From an uncultured Lachnospiraceae bacterium (GTDB taxonomy: Bacteria > Bacillota > Clostridia > Lachnospirales > Lachnospiraceae): 64,000 nt of DNA. The notes beneath the pieces were generated by a model. That model ran no database searches, was not told where the DNA came from, and saw nothing but the letters and a program-made list of their open reading frames with translations. Location: contig CAYWHY010000001.1 in assembly GCA_964458255.1 (NCBI GenBank), positions 14,066-78,065 on the forward strand, read 5' to 3'. Positions 25,672 through 36,115 of this stretch are shown one piece after another. The first letter of the stretch is position 1, and every line of letters begins with the position of its first letter. The translations under genes were made by a program, and so were the position numbers.

Positions 25672-26637
25672 ATGAATATGTTAATCTTAAGCTGTGGAAC
25701 AAGAGATAAAGTAGTGCAGTACTTCAGAAAAGCATTTGAAGGGAAAGGCAGAATTATTACAACAGACTGTAACCCTTACGCCCCGGCACTTTATGAAGGT
25801 GATGCACATTATATTGTTCCGAGAATGACAGCTCCCGGATATATTGATGTAATTTTTGATATTTGTAAAAAAGAAAACATTAAAGGAGTACTTTCCTTAA
25901 TTGACCCGGAGCTTTCTCTGCTTGCAAAGCATGAAAAAGAGTTTAACGAGCTCGGTGTTACGGTAATCGGTTCTTCCTACGAGCTGTGCGAAAGAACCTT
26001 AAACAAATGGGAGATGTACTGCTGGATGACAGAAAACGGCTATCCCTGTGCTAAGACTTATCGTGAGCTTAAATCCTTTAAAGAGGCTTTGACAAACGGA
26101 GAGGTAACTTATCCCGTGTTTGTAAAACCCATGAGAGGCAGTGCCAGCCTGCATATTTCCAAGGCCGAAGATTGGGAAACGGTAGAATTTCTTTTTAATC
26201 AGGGAGAAGAGATGATTATTCAGGAGTTTATGACCGGACAGGAAATCGGTGCCGACTGTTATATTGATATGATAAGCGGTGAAGTGGTTTCCGTTTTTAC
26301 CAAGAAAAAGCTTCTGATGCGTGCGGGAGAAACTGACAAGGCAGTTTCGTTTAAGGAAGATGCCTTGTTTGAAAAGATAGAAGAGTTTGTAAAGGAAAAC
26401 GGTTTTAAAGGACAGATAGATATCGATATTTTTGAAAAAGACGGTATTTATTATTTCTCAGAGGTAAATCCCAGATTCGGAGGCGGTTATCCCCATGCCT
26501 ATGCCTGTGGGGCTGACCACATGACCTTGATTCTGAACAATCTTTTTGGTAAGATAAATGAGAAAAAGACAGGCTGTTATGAGATAGACAAAGTCATGAT
26601 GAAATATAATGAAATCATGCTTGTTGACGCCATATAG
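25672..26637 (+). CDS. ATP-grasp ligase (carbamoyl-phosphate-synthase-like family)
   Basis: ILSCG, IDPEL, FVKPMRGSAS, IIQEF, SEVNPRFGGGYP. Start chosen at ATG 25672. Confidence 0.85.
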   Translation: MNMLILSCGTRDKVVQYFRKAFEGKGRIITTDCNPYAPALYEGDAHYIVPRMTAPGYIDVIFDICKKENIKGVLSLIDPELSLLAKHEKEFNELGVTVIGSSYELCERTLNKWEMYCWMTENGYPCAKTYRELKSFKEALTNGEVTYPVFVKPMRGSASLHISKAEDWETVEFLFNQGEEMIIQEFMTGQEIGADCYIDMISGEVVSVFTKKKLLMRAGETDKAVSFKEDALFEKIEEFVKENGFKGQIDIDIFEKDGIYYFSEVNPRFGGGYPHAYACGADHMTLILNNLFGKINEKKTGCYEIDKVMMKYNEIMLVDAI

Positions 26638-26646
26638 AGGAACAGA

Positions 26647-27744
26647 ATGAAAAAGAAAGTACTGATACTTGCCAACAATGCAAGTGGCCTGTATGATTTC
26701 AGGAATGAACTTCTTTTAAGCCTTCTTCATGATTTTGAGGTGCATATAAGTCTGCCGGATGCAGACGAAGTTCCGGCACTTGCAAAGGAAGGCTGCCTGA
26801 TACATCATACATCCCTTGACAGACGGGGAATGAATCCGCTCAGGGATTTGAAGCTGCTTATGGCATATGCAAAGCTTCTTAAGGAAATTAGACCGGATGT
26901 GGTTTTAACCTACACGATTAAGCCTAACATCTACGGAAGTTTATGCTGCCGGCTTAAGAAAATACCTTATATTGTTAATATCACGGGACTTGGTTCTGCT
27001 TTTGAAGGCGGCGGACTTATCCAAAAGCTGGTGGTATTTTTGTACCGTATGGCGCTTAAGAATGCGGAATGTGTCTTTTTCCAGAATGCAGAAAATCAGG
27101 CAATTTTTGAGCGGTTTGGAATTAAAGGAAAGAAAAGGCGCCTTGTGCCCGGTTCCGGAGTCAACCTTGACAGACATAAATTTGAGGATTATCCTTCTAA
27201 AGAGGAGCCCATACGTATTCTTTATGTCGGACGAATTATGAAAGAGAAGGGGACGGACGAACTGCTTTACGGAGCGGAAATGCTGAAAAAAGAGCATCCG
27301 GAAGTGATTTTCGAGGTAGTGGGAAATTACGAAGATGATTACAAAGAGCTCATGGAGCAGAAGCAAAAAGAAGGTGTTGTGGAACTTGTTGGTTATCAGA
27401 TGATAATCCATCCCTATTACAGGAAAGCTTCGGCGGTTATCATGCCAAGCTACCATGAGGGCATGTCCAATGTGATATTGGAAGCGGCAGCGACCGGAAG
27501 ACCTGCTTTGGCGTCTGATATTCCGGGATGCCGGGAAGGCTTTGAAGAAGGCGTTACGGGACTTTCTTTTGCACCGAGAGATAAAGAAGCGTTGCTTGCT
27601 GCACTGCGTAAGTTTGTCTCTCTTTCTTATGAAGAGCGAAAAGAGATGGGACGTAAAGCACGTGAAAAGATGGAAAATGAATTTGACAGAAAATTCGTAG
27701 TAAATGCATATAGAGAAGAAATACAAAAGAGTATTACTTGTTAA
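26647..27744 (+). CDS. Glycosyltransferase family 4 (PglA/CapM-like)
   Basis: YTIKPNIYG, ITGLGS, FFQN, PGSGVNL, GRIMKEKG, PSYHEGMSNVILEAAATGRP. Confidence 0.9.
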   Translation: MKKKVLILANNASGLYDFRNELLLSLLHDFEVHISLPDADEVPALAKEGCLIHHTSLDRRGMNPLRDLKLLMAYAKLLKEIRPDVVLTYTIKPNIYGSLCCRLKKIPYIVNITGLGSAFEGGGLIQKLVVFLYRMALKNAECVFFQNAENQAIFERFGIKGKKRRLVPGSGVNLDRHKFEDYPSKEEPIRILYVGRIMKEKGTDELLYGAEMLKKEHPEVIFEVVGNYEDDYKELMEQKQKEGVVELVGYQMIIHPYYRKASAVIMPSYHEGMSNVILEAAATGRPALASDIPGCREGFEEGVTGLSFAPRDKEALLAALRKFVSLSYEERKEMGRKAREKMENEFDRKFVVNAYREEIQKSITC

Positions 27745-27760
27745 GCAGGAGGAAAAAACG

Positions 27761-29077
27761 ATGGGTTTATATGAGGATATTGTAAGCGGCAAAGAGAAGC
27801 TTTCACTGGTAGGTCTCGGGTATGTAGGTATGCCGATTGCGGTTGCTTTCGCACGCAAGGTTAAGGTAGTGGGCTTTGACTTAAACGAAAAGAAAATCGG
27901 GCTTTATAAGAATGGTATTGATCCGACGAATGAAGTGGGCAATGCTGTGATTAAAAACACTGCTGTGGAGTTTACGGCAGATCCTAAGAAATTGCAGGAA
28001 GCAAAATTTCACATCGTAGCGGTTCCTACACCGGTAAATGATGACCATACACCGGATTTGACACCGGTAGAAGGTGCCAGCAGATTGCTCGGACAGAACC
28101 TTACAAAGGGTTCCGTTATTGTATTTGAATCAACCGTTTATCCCGGCGTTACCGAAGATATCTGTGTGCCGATCCTTGAAAAGGAATCAGGACTTAAATG
28201 CGGCATAGACTTTAAAATCGGTTATTCTCCTGAAAGAATTAATCCCGGCGATAAAGTTCATCGTTTAGAGACCATTACCAAGATAGTATCAGGTATGGAT
28301 GAGGAAACACTTGATACGGTTGCCAAAGTATATGAACTGGTTGTGGAAGCAGGCGTATATCGTGCAGAAAGTATTAAGGTAGCAGAGGCTGCCAAGGTAA
28401 TCGAAAACAGCCAGAGAGACATTAATATTGCGTTTATGAATGAGTTATCCATCATCTTTAACAGGATGGGAATTGATACGAAAGCCGTTTTGGAAGCAGC
28501 GGGAACAAAGTGGAATTTCTTGAAATTTCAGCCCGGTCTGGTTGGCGGACATTGTATCGGTGTAGACCCTTACTATCTGACCTACAAGGCGGAAGAACTC
28601 GGTTATCATTCACAGATTATCTTAGCAGGCCGTCGTATTAATGATGATATGGGCAAGTATGTGGCGGAATCACTTGTCAAAAATCTGATTAAGGCTGATA
28701 TTCCCGTTAAGGGAGCCAGGGTGGCAATTTTGGGCTTTACCTTTAAAGAAAACTGTCCCGATACCAGAAATACCAAGGTGATTGATATTTACAAGGAACT
28801 GGGTGAATACGGCATTGAGCCTGTGGTGGTAGACCCGGCAGCAGATGCGGATGAAGCCAAGAGATTATATGGCATTGATTTTGAGAGCATGGATGCGGTA
28901 AAGGATATGGATGCCGTGCTTGTGGCAGTGGCACATACAGAATTCCTTGGACTTAATAAGGATAAAATAAGCAGCTTCTTTCATGCAAAGCATAGTAAGA
29001 AAGTATTTATGGATATTAAGGGGCTGTTTGAGAGAAAAGAATATCTGACAGAGGATTATATCTATTGGAGATTGTAG
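27761..29077 (+). CDS. UDP-N-acetylhexosamine 6-dehydrogenase (WbpO/TviB-type)
   Basis: GLGYVGMP, VAVPTP, FESTVYPG, YSPERINPGD, ENSQRDINIA, GGHCIGVDPYYL, FKENCPDTRN. Start at ATG 27761 after AGGAGG. Confidence 0.92.
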   Translation: MGLYEDIVSGKEKLSLVGLGYVGMPIAVAFARKVKVVGFDLNEKKIGLYKNGIDPTNEVGNAVIKNTAVEFTADPKKLQEAKFHIVAVPTPVNDDHTPDLTPVEGASRLLGQNLTKGSVIVFESTVYPGVTEDICVPILEKESGLKCGIDFKIGYSPERINPGDKVHRLETITKIVSGMDEETLDTVAKVYELVVEAGVYRAESIKVAEAAKVIENSQRDINIAFMNELSIIFNRMGIDTKAVLEAAGTKWNFLKFQPGLVGGHCIGVDPYYLTYKAEELGYHSQIILAGRRINDDMGKYVAESLVKNLIKADIPVKGARVAILGFTFKENCPDTRNTKVIDIYKELGEYGIEPVVVDPAADADEAKRLYGIDFESMDAVKDMDAVLVAVAHTEFLGLNKDKISSFFHAKHSKKVFMDIKGLFERKEYLTEDYIYWRL

Positions 29078-29089
29078 GAGACGGTGGTA

Positions 29090-30064
29090 ATGAGTTATAA
29101 AGAGTTAAAGTTTGATAAGGACAGCGTGTTTCTTGTAACCGGGGGAGCCGGTTTTATCGGTTCCAATCTGTGTGAAGCAATTCTGGATATGGGTTATACG
29201 GTAAGATGTCTTGATAATCTTTCAACGGGAAAGTATGAAAATATCGAGCCCTTTACGACAAATTCCAAGTTTACCTTTATCAAGGGAGATATCAGGGATT
29301 TAGATACTTGTATGGAAGCGACTAAGGGTGTGACCTACGTGCTGAATCAGGCGGCATGGGGAAGTGTGCCGAGAAGTATTGAGATGCCCCTTCTTTATGA
29401 AGAAATTAATATCCGCGGTACCTTAAATATGATGGAAGCGGCAAGGCAAAACGGTGTTAGGAAGTTTGTTTATGCGTCCAGCTCTTCCGTGTACGGAGAC
29501 CATCCTGTGCTTCCCAAAAAGGAAGGACAGGAAGGCAAGGTGCTTTCTCCTTATGCATTAACCAAAAAGGTAGACGAGGAATACGGAAGACTTTATAAAG
29601 TACTTTACGGACTTGATACCTATGGGCTGCGCTATTTTAACGTATTCGGACGCCGCCAGAATCCGGACGGAATGTATGCTGCCGTAATCCCTAAGTTTAT
29701 CAGACAGCTGATGAACGGTGAAGTGCCTACCATTAACGGTGACGGCAGACAGTCCAGAGATTTTACTTATATTGATAATGTGATTGAAGCAAATTTAAAA
29801 GCTTGTCTTGCATCTTCTGACGCGGCGGGCGAAGCATTTAATATCGGTGCCGGCGGCAGAGAATATCTGATTGATGTATACAACAATCTTTGTTCTGCTT
29901 TGGACAAGCAGGTAGAACCCAATTTCGGACCTGCCAGAAAAGGAGACATCCGCGATTCAAACGCGGATATCAGCAAGGCAAGAGAACTTTTGGGCTATGA
30001 TCCGGAATACGATTTTGCAAAAGGAATCCGTCTGGCAATTGATTGGTATGTGGAGAATTTATAA
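29090..30064 (+). CDS. UDP-GlcNAc(A) 4-epimerase (WbpP/TviC-type SDR)
   Basis: TGGAGFIGSNL, QAAWGSVPRS, ASSSSVYGD, SPYALTK, LRYFNVFGRRQ, GDGRQSRDFTY. Confidence 0.9.
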   Translation: MSYKELKFDKDSVFLVTGGAGFIGSNLCEAILDMGYTVRCLDNLSTGKYENIEPFTTNSKFTFIKGDIRDLDTCMEATKGVTYVLNQAAWGSVPRSIEMPLLYEEINIRGTLNMMEAARQNGVRKFVYASSSSVYGDHPVLPKKEGQEGKVLSPYALTKKVDEEYGRLYKVLYGLDTYGLRYFNVFGRRQNPDGMYAAVIPKFIRQLMNGEVPTINGDGRQSRDFTYIDNVIEANLKACLASSDAAGEAFNIGAGGREYLIDVYNNLCSALDKQVEPNFGPARKGDIRDSNADISKARELLGYDPEYDFAKGIRLAIDWYVENL

Positions 30065-30814
30065 ATGAAAATAGCAGTACGGCTGGATGATATTACACCT
30101 GATATGGACTGGGAGCGTTTCCTGAAATGTAAGGCGCTTCTTGACAGATATCAGGTGAAACCGCTTATAGGGGTAGTGCCCGATAACCGGGATGAGAACC
30201 TGAAAAAGGAAGCAGAATGTGTGGAAGGCAAACCGGCAGATTTCTGGACATATGTAAAAGCACTTCAGAAAGAGGGCTGGGAGGTAGCCATGCATGGCTA
30301 TCGCCATATTTACACCACAAATCATGGAGGACTGTTTCCGCTGAATCAATTTTCTGAATTTGCAGGAGTACCTTTTTCAGAGCAAAAAAGGATGCTGGAA
30401 GACGGCAGAAAAATGCTTGCAGAAAAAGGGATTGATACGGATATTTTTATGGCACCCGCACATTCCTATGATAAGAATACTTTAAAGGCATTGAAGGAGA
30501 CAGGATTTAAGGCACTGACGGATGGCTTTGGAAATAAACCTTATCTATGGGCAGACCTTACGTTTTATCCGATTTCATTCCGCTTAAGTAACACTTTGAA
30601 GAAAAAACATGGATATTCTACCATGGTAATTCATCCGGGAACGGTGACGGACGAAGAACTTGTACAGTATGAAAATTATTTTAAACGGGAAAGTATTCAG
30701 TGGATTCCTTACAAAGAGTATCGGGAGCAAACAGCCGAAAGGCGTTTAGCATTTGGCATGATGAAAGAATTTTTTCTGGCAAAGATTAAATATTTACTGG
30801 TGAAAATCAGATAG
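30065..30814 (+). CDS. DUF2334 / polysaccharide deacetylase-like protein
   Basis: RLDD, MHGYRH, SEFAG, FMAPAHSYD, HP: NodB-like metal-binding motifs. Confidence 0.75.
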   Translation: MKIAVRLDDITPDMDWERFLKCKALLDRYQVKPLIGVVPDNRDENLKKEAECVEGKPADFWTYVKALQKEGWEVAMHGYRHIYTTNHGGLFPLNQFSEFAGVPFSEQKRMLEDGRKMLAEKGIDTDIFMAPAHSYDKNTLKALKETGFKALTDGFGNKPYLWADLTFYPISFRLSNTLKKKHGYSTMVIHPGTVTDEELVQYENYFKRESIQWIPYKEYREQTAERRLAFGMMKEFFLAKIKYLLVKIR

Positions 30815-30820
30815 AAGGAC

Positions 30821-31957
30821 ATGGAAAGTGAGGAATATATGAAAAAACCGATTCACATCTTACATGTTTTGGGCAATACCGAATTAGGCGGTGCCGAAAG
30901 CCGGATTATGGACCTTTATCGCCATATAGACAGGAACAGGGTACAATTTGACTTTCTGGTGCACACCAGGGAAGAAGGATATTTTGATAAGGAAATTGAA
31001 CAATTGGGCGGACACATTTTTCGTGTTCACCGTTTTCGTATATACAATTATTTGACTTATCGTAAGTCACTTAAGGAATTTTTCAAAGAACATCATGATT
31101 TTGGAGCAGTTCAGGGGCATATGACAAGTACGGCAGCCATTTATCTTCCCATAGCAAAGAGAGCGGGCGTGCCCGTTACGATTGCACATGCCAGAAGTGC
31201 GGGTGTTGACAGAGGAATGAAAGGAACATTGACAAGATTTCTTAGGAGAAATTTATCTGAAAAGACCGATTACATGTTTACCTGCTCTAAAATAGCAGGA
31301 ATTTCTGTCTTTGGAGAGAAGGCGGTTAAGGAGGGAAAAACCGTTTTTATACCCAATGCCATTAATTGTGAAAAATTCGGTTTTAATGCTGATATAAGAC
31401 AGAAACTGCGGCAAGAGCTTGGGGTAAGCGATAAGTATGTAATAGGTCATGTGGGAAGATTCCATTATGCAAAAAACCATGAGTATCTTTTGCAAATATT
31501 TGCAGCACTTGTTAAAAAAGGCGATAGAGAATATGTGCTTCTTCTTTTAGGAGAAGGAGAAGGTATGGAAGGTGCAAAGCACCTTGCCAAAGAGCTGGGG
31601 ATCGAAAGCAAAGTGCTTTTTGCAGGGAATCAGGCTTGTGTGTATGATTATTATCAGGCTATGGACTATTTTGTATATCCGTCGCGATACGAAGGACTCC
31701 CGGGAACGGTCGTAGAAGCGCAGACGGCGGGACTTCAATGTCTGATTTCGGACAGCATATGTGAAGAAGTTTCGGTTACCGGGCTGGTACAAACTATGAG
31801 TATTGACAGTTCTGCGGATAAATGGGCAGAATATATCATAGAGACGGAAGAATACGAAAGACATAGCCGCGTGGAAGAAATGCGTCGGGCAGACTTTGAC
31901 GTAGAACAGCAGGCAGAGAAGATGATGTGTTTTTATGAGACAGGAAAATGGGTATGA
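30821..31957 (+). CDS. Glycosyltransferase family 4 (EpsF-like)
   Basis: GGAESRIMDLYR, QFDFLVH, GHVGRFHYAKNH, PSRYEGLPGTVVEAQ. Alternative start at 30839. Confidence 0.9.
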   Translation: MESEEYMKKPIHILHVLGNTELGGAESRIMDLYRHIDRNRVQFDFLVHTREEGYFDKEIEQLGGHIFRVHRFRIYNYLTYRKSLKEFFKEHHDFGAVQGHMTSTAAIYLPIAKRAGVPVTIAHARSAGVDRGMKGTLTRFLRRNLSEKTDYMFTCSKIAGISVFGEKAVKEGKTVFIPNAINCEKFGFNADIRQKLRQELGVSDKYVIGHVGRFHYAKNHEYLLQIFAALVKKGDREYVLLLLGEGEGMEGAKHLAKELGIESKVLFAGNQACVYDYYQAMDYFVYPSRYEGLPGTVVEAQTAGLQCLISDSICEEVSVTGLVQTMSIDSSADKWAEYIIETEEYERHSRVEEMRRADFDVEQQAEKMMCFYETGKWV

Positions 31958-33135
31958 AAAAAGTAATGCTGATTTCCCCCATGCTTCATCAGGGTGGTTT
32001 TGAACGAATATGTGTTATGACGGCACGATTGCTTCAAATAGAATATGAAGTGGTGATAGTCGTTTTTTCCATGGAAGATATTGCCTTCGATATTTCAGGA
32101 CTTAAAGTGATTGACTTAAACTTAAAGGCACAGACGGGAAAAATAGGAAAAATGATCAATGTTTTCAAACGTTGCAGGGCGCTTACCCGTCTGCAAAAGG
32201 AAATGGGAACCGATATTTCCTACAGCTTCGGCATGACAGCCAACATTGCCAATGCACTCAGCAGAGGGGCAAAGAAAAAGATCACGGCATGTCATTCTTT
32301 TGAAGAGATTAAAAGCCGATTTTATATGAGATTAATCGGTAGAGGATCTGACAAGGTATTGTGCTGTTCCAAAAAGATGGCCGATCTGGTAGAAGAAACA
32401 TATGCACTTTCTAATGTAACGGCACTGTGGAATCCTTGCGATATTGAAGGAATTTTGGACCAGAGCAGGAAAGAAGCGGATGAGGATATAGCATTTTGGA
32501 CGTCAGAGGACACAGTTTTGGTATCTATGGGGCGAGAGGACGATATCAAAGGCTTTTGGCATCTTCTCAAGGTATTCAGAAGAGTTTATGAAAATAATCA
32601 AAATACGAAGCTGGCAATTATAGGTGACGGAGATTTTTCACAATATGAGAAGCTTGCAGGAGAACTTGGCATAGAAGGCCGAGTGTTGTTTGCGGGATTA
32701 AAAAAGAACCCGTTTCCGTACCTGAAAGCGAGTGATTTTTATATTTTGACTTCCTTAAGCGAAGGGCTGCCAAATGCACTTGTGGAGGCACTTGTACTAT
32801 CGCTTCCCGTTATTTCTGTCAATTGTCTTTCGGGACCTGCGGAAATTTTGCATGAGGACTTTAAGACGGCAGAAGAGAAAAAGTCGGTTTTTATGGCGGA
32901 TTTTGGAATAATTACACCTGTTTTGGATCCGGAAAAGGATATGCAGGTGCGTTGGGAAGAAGAAGGAAAAGTAAAGCTTGAGCACAGTGAAGAACAGCTC
33001 GCACAAGCAATAACAGATGTTATCAAAGATGCTGAAACAGCACAGAAGTATCGTATGGGTGCACTTAAAAGAGCAGAAAACTTTTCTAAGGAAAAATATA
33101 TGGCAGGGCTTGTTGCCTGCATGGAGAATTTGTAA
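31954..33135 (+). CDS. Glycosyltransferase family 4
   Basis: GGFER, KGFWHLLK, KNPFPYLK, SLSEGLPNALVEAL, SGPAEIL. Confidence 0.88.
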   Translation: MKKVMLISPMLHQGGFERICVMTARLLQIEYEVVIVVFSMEDIAFDISGLKVIDLNLKAQTGKIGKMINVFKRCRALTRLQKEMGTDISYSFGMTANIANALSRGAKKKITACHSFEEIKSRFYMRLIGRGSDKVLCCSKKMADLVEETYALSNVTALWNPCDIEGILDQSRKEADEDIAFWTSEDTVLVSMGREDDIKGFWHLLKVFRRVYENNQNTKLAIIGDGDFSQYEKLAGELGIEGRVLFAGLKKNPFPYLKASDFYILTSLSEGLPNALVEALVLSLPVISVNCLSGPAEILHEDFKTAEEKKSVFMADFGIITPVLDPEKDMQVRWEEEGKVKLEHSEEQLAQAITDVIKDAETAQKYRMGALKRAENFSKEKYMAGLVACMENL

Positions 33136-33137
33136 TC

Positions 33138-35015
33138 ATGTGTGGAATATGCGGATTTTACAGTAAAAAGAATATCACACCTGACCAGCTTATCTTAATG
33201 AACGATACGATGGTTCATCGCGGACCGGATGATGCCGGCACAGAGATTTTTCCCTCAAGGGACGGGTATTCGGTCGGATTGGCACAGAGAAGGTTATCTA
33301 TCCTGGATTTGTCGTCTTTGGGTCATCAGCCCATGCATTCGTCTGACGGACGCGTGTCAATTGTATTTAATGGGGAAATTTACAATTTCGGAACGCTGAA
33401 GGAAGAGCTGTCTGATTATCCTTTCGTTTCTGCTTGTGACACAGAGGTGATTCTGGCAGCCTACTTAAAGTGGGGAATTTCCTGCATAGAGCGGCTAAAC
33501 GGTATGTTTGCCATTGCTATTTTTGACAGAGAGGATCATAAGCTGTATCTTGTCCGTGACAGAATCGGTAAAAAACCGTTATATTATTGGATTCAGGACG
33601 GAAATCTTGTGTTTGCTTCGGAGTTAAAGCCCATTATGAAATGTCCGGGATTTGTTCCTGTCATCAGAAGAGATGTAATTCCCAGATTTCTTTATCATCA
33701 GTATTTGTGCGGACCTGACAGCTTTTTTGAAAATGTATATAAGGTAAGTCCCGGACAGATTGTTTGTTTTTCCGACGGGAAATTGGATAAATGGCAATAT
33801 TGGGATTTAAAGAAGATAAACAAAGAGAAGAAAAACACGTCGGCTACCGAGTATGGACAGGCAAAGGAAGAGCTTAAAGGGTTGCTTCAGGAAGCCGTTC
33901 GGGAAAGACTTGTGGCGGATGTACCTGTAGGAGCTTTTTTAAGCGGCGGTTATGATTCATCACTGATAACGGCGATTGCACAGGAAATTTCCAAAGAGCC
34001 GGTAAAGACCTTTTCTATCGGATTTCATGAAGAGAAATATAACGAAGCGGGATATGCGAAGGAGGTCGCCCGGTATCTTGGATGTGACCATACGGAAATG
34101 TATATTGACGAGACCGATATGTTTGCGTTGATAGAGAGTATTCCGAAGTATTATGACGAACCGTTTGCCGACAGCTCCCAGATTCCTTCTATGTTGGTTT
34201 CACGGCTTGCAAAAAAGGATGTTACGGTAGTTTTATCGGGCGATGGCGGCGATGAGCTTTTCTGCGGCTACAATGTGTATGAAAAGGTAAGGCAGGCACA
34301 GATGCTTGACGGAGTTGGTGCAGTGGCAGGTGCCGTGGGTGATTTGTTTCATATTACAGAGAAATATCCCTTTAAAGTGCGTGTAATTGCGGGGAACCGC
34401 GATAAGGAGACAAAGACTCAGCTTGTTAACGGCAATTATGTAAATGTGGCCCGGAAGATGGTCATGAGGGATGAAACAGAGCATTTTCTGCCTTGTGGGT
34501 ATGATTTTGAAAGTGTCTATGGGGAGAAAAACTGGCAGGTAAGAAGAATGCTTCTTGATATGGACACTTACCTTCCCGAGGATATTTTGTGTAAGGTGGA
34601 CAGAGCCTCCATGATGTATTCTTTAGAAACAAGATGTCCCGTTCTTGACAAAAATGTGATAGAATATGCTATGGGTCTTCCGCATGAATTTAAGTATCAT
34701 AACGGAAACAAAAAAAGAATTTTAAAGGATATTACCTGCGAATATATCCCATGTGAGCTTTTGGAAAGACCAAAGAAGGGATTCAGCGTCCCTCTTGATA
34801 AATGGCTGAGAGGAACACTTAAAGAACAGGTGTTATCTGTGTCGGGAAAAGAGTTTTTACGCAAGCAACAAATATTTAATCCTGATTATACAAATAAATT
34901 TATAGGCAGATATATGGAAAAAGGAGATGCGGGAGCAGGAACCGGAGAAAATTATTCCGGAGTGATATGGGCCTACTTTATGTTCCAGAAGTGGTATGAG
35001 GAATGGATAGGATGA
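33138..35015 (+). CDS. asnB: Asparagine synthase-like glutamine amidotransferase (WbpS/WbtH-type), copy 1
   Basis: N-terminal MCGICG, HRGPD, RRLSILDL, FNGEIYN, FLSGGYDSS, EPFADSSQIP, SGDGGDELF, KVDRASM. Confidence 0.9.
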   Translation: MCGICGFYSKKNITPDQLILMNDTMVHRGPDDAGTEIFPSRDGYSVGLAQRRLSILDLSSLGHQPMHSSDGRVSIVFNGEIYNFGTLKEELSDYPFVSACDTEVILAAYLKWGISCIERLNGMFAIAIFDREDHKLYLVRDRIGKKPLYYWIQDGNLVFASELKPIMKCPGFVPVIRRDVIPRFLYHQYLCGPDSFFENVYKVSPGQIVCFSDGKLDKWQYWDLKKINKEKKNTSATEYGQAKEELKGLLQEAVRERLVADVPVGAFLSGGYDSSLITAIAQEISKEPVKTFSIGFHEEKYNEAGYAKEVARYLGCDHTEMYIDETDMFALIESIPKYYDEPFADSSQIPSMLVSRLAKKDVTVVLSGDGGDELFCGYNVYEKVRQAQMLDGVGAVAGAVGDLFHITEKYPFKVRVIAGNRDKETKTQLVNGNYVNVARKMVMRDETEHFLPCGYDFESVYGEKNWQVRRMLLDMDTYLPEDILCKVDRASMMYSLETRCPVLDKNVIEYAMGLPHEFKYHNGNKKRILKDITCEYIPCELLERPKKGFSVPLDKWLRGTLKEQVLSVSGKEFLRKQQIFNPDYTNKFIGRYMEKGDAGAGTGENYSGVIWAYFMFQKWYEEWIG

Positions 35016-36115
35016 ACAGAAAGAAGATTTTGTTTCACATAAACAGCCTTGGAAAAGGCGGTGCAGAAAGAGTAGTAAGTGTCTTATCCGGATTTTTTCT
35101 TGCGGACGGATATGAGGTGCTTATTGTAACATTGTGGCGTGCCAGAGAAGAATACGGGCTTGCGGAAGGCATAAGGAGAATGAATCTGGGAGATGTATGG
35201 GAAGATAAAGAACCGGGGCGTGTACGGATGGCGATAAGACGTCTTGTGGATTTAAGATATATTATAAAGAAAGAAAATCCGGATCTTGTTATTTCATTTT
35301 GCAATAAAGCAAATTTCAGATGTGCCTATGCAATGACAGGAATGAAAATACCTCTTCTTACTTCTGTCAGAAATGATCCTAAAGTAGATTATCTGCCATA
35401 CAAAACTGCCATGCGGATTATGGAAAAGAGAGCTTCCGGTTGTGTGTTTCAGACGCATGATGCGATGGCTTGTTTTTCGGATGATTTTCAGAAGAAGTCA
35501 AGAGTGATATGGAATCCCATTGATGAAAAATATCTTGCGAGGAAGAAAGAGAACCTGACAGTGCGCAGTGAATATATTGTGACGGTGGGTAGATTGTCCG
35601 CTCAAAAAAACCAGCTTTTGCTGTTAAAGGCATTTAAAAGAATTTCGGATGATTTTCCCAAGATGTCTCTAAAAATATACGGTGAAGAAAGCGAAGCAGG
35701 AATGAAGGAGATACTGCTTGGCTATGTGAAAGAAAATGCTTTGGATGACCGTGTGAAATTTATGGGACAAAGCAGCCGCTTGGAAGAAGAAATCCGTGAT
35801 GCTGCACTGTTTGTTCTTTCTTCTGATTATGAAGGCATGCCAAATGCCTTGATGGAAGCAATGGCTTTGGGGCTTCCGGTTATATCCACGGACTGTCCCT
35901 GCGGAGGACCGCAGGAATTAATAGAGCATGGTGTTTCGGGATATTTGATTTCCGTGGGGGACGAAAAAGAACTTGCCGATGCTATGAGTCTGATATTGAA
36001 GGATAGAGAGCTTGCCGAAAAACTCGGAGAGAATGCCGGTAAGATTGTAGATAAGGTAAGTCCCTATAAAGTATATGAAATCTGGAAAGAGTATGTGGAG
36101 AGTTTGACGAAATGA
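35012..36115 (+). CDS. Glycosyltransferase family 4 (PglH/PglJ-like)
   Basis: GGAERV, SVRNDP, VFQT, VGRLSAQKNQ, SDYEGMPNALMEAMALG, DCPCGGP. Confidence 0.9.
   Translation: MNRKKILFHINSLGKGGAERVVSVLSGFFLADGYEVLIVTLWRAREEYGLAEGIRRMNLGDVWEDKEPGRVRMAIRRLVDLRYIIKKENPDLVISFCNKANFRCAYAMTGMKIPLLTSVRNDPKVDYLPYKTAMRIMEKRASGCVFQTHDAMACFSDDFQKKSRVIWNPIDEKYLARKKENLTVRSEYIVTVGRLSAQKNQLLLLKAFKRISDDFPKMSLKIYGEESEAGMKEILLGYVKENALDDRVKFMGQSSRLEEEIRDAALFVLSSDYEGMPNALMEAMALGLPVISTDCPCGGPQELIEHGVSGYLISVGDEKELADAMSLILKDRELAEKLGENAGKIVDKVSPYKVYEIWKEYVESLTK

Noticed and set aside
26941-27858. Long antisense ORFs (e.g. 305 aa at 26941-27858, 221 aa at 14538-15203, 200 aa at 4447-5049, 206 aa at 46607-47227)
   Set aside because: These are shadow ORFs opposite well-supported genes, with no recognisable motifs.
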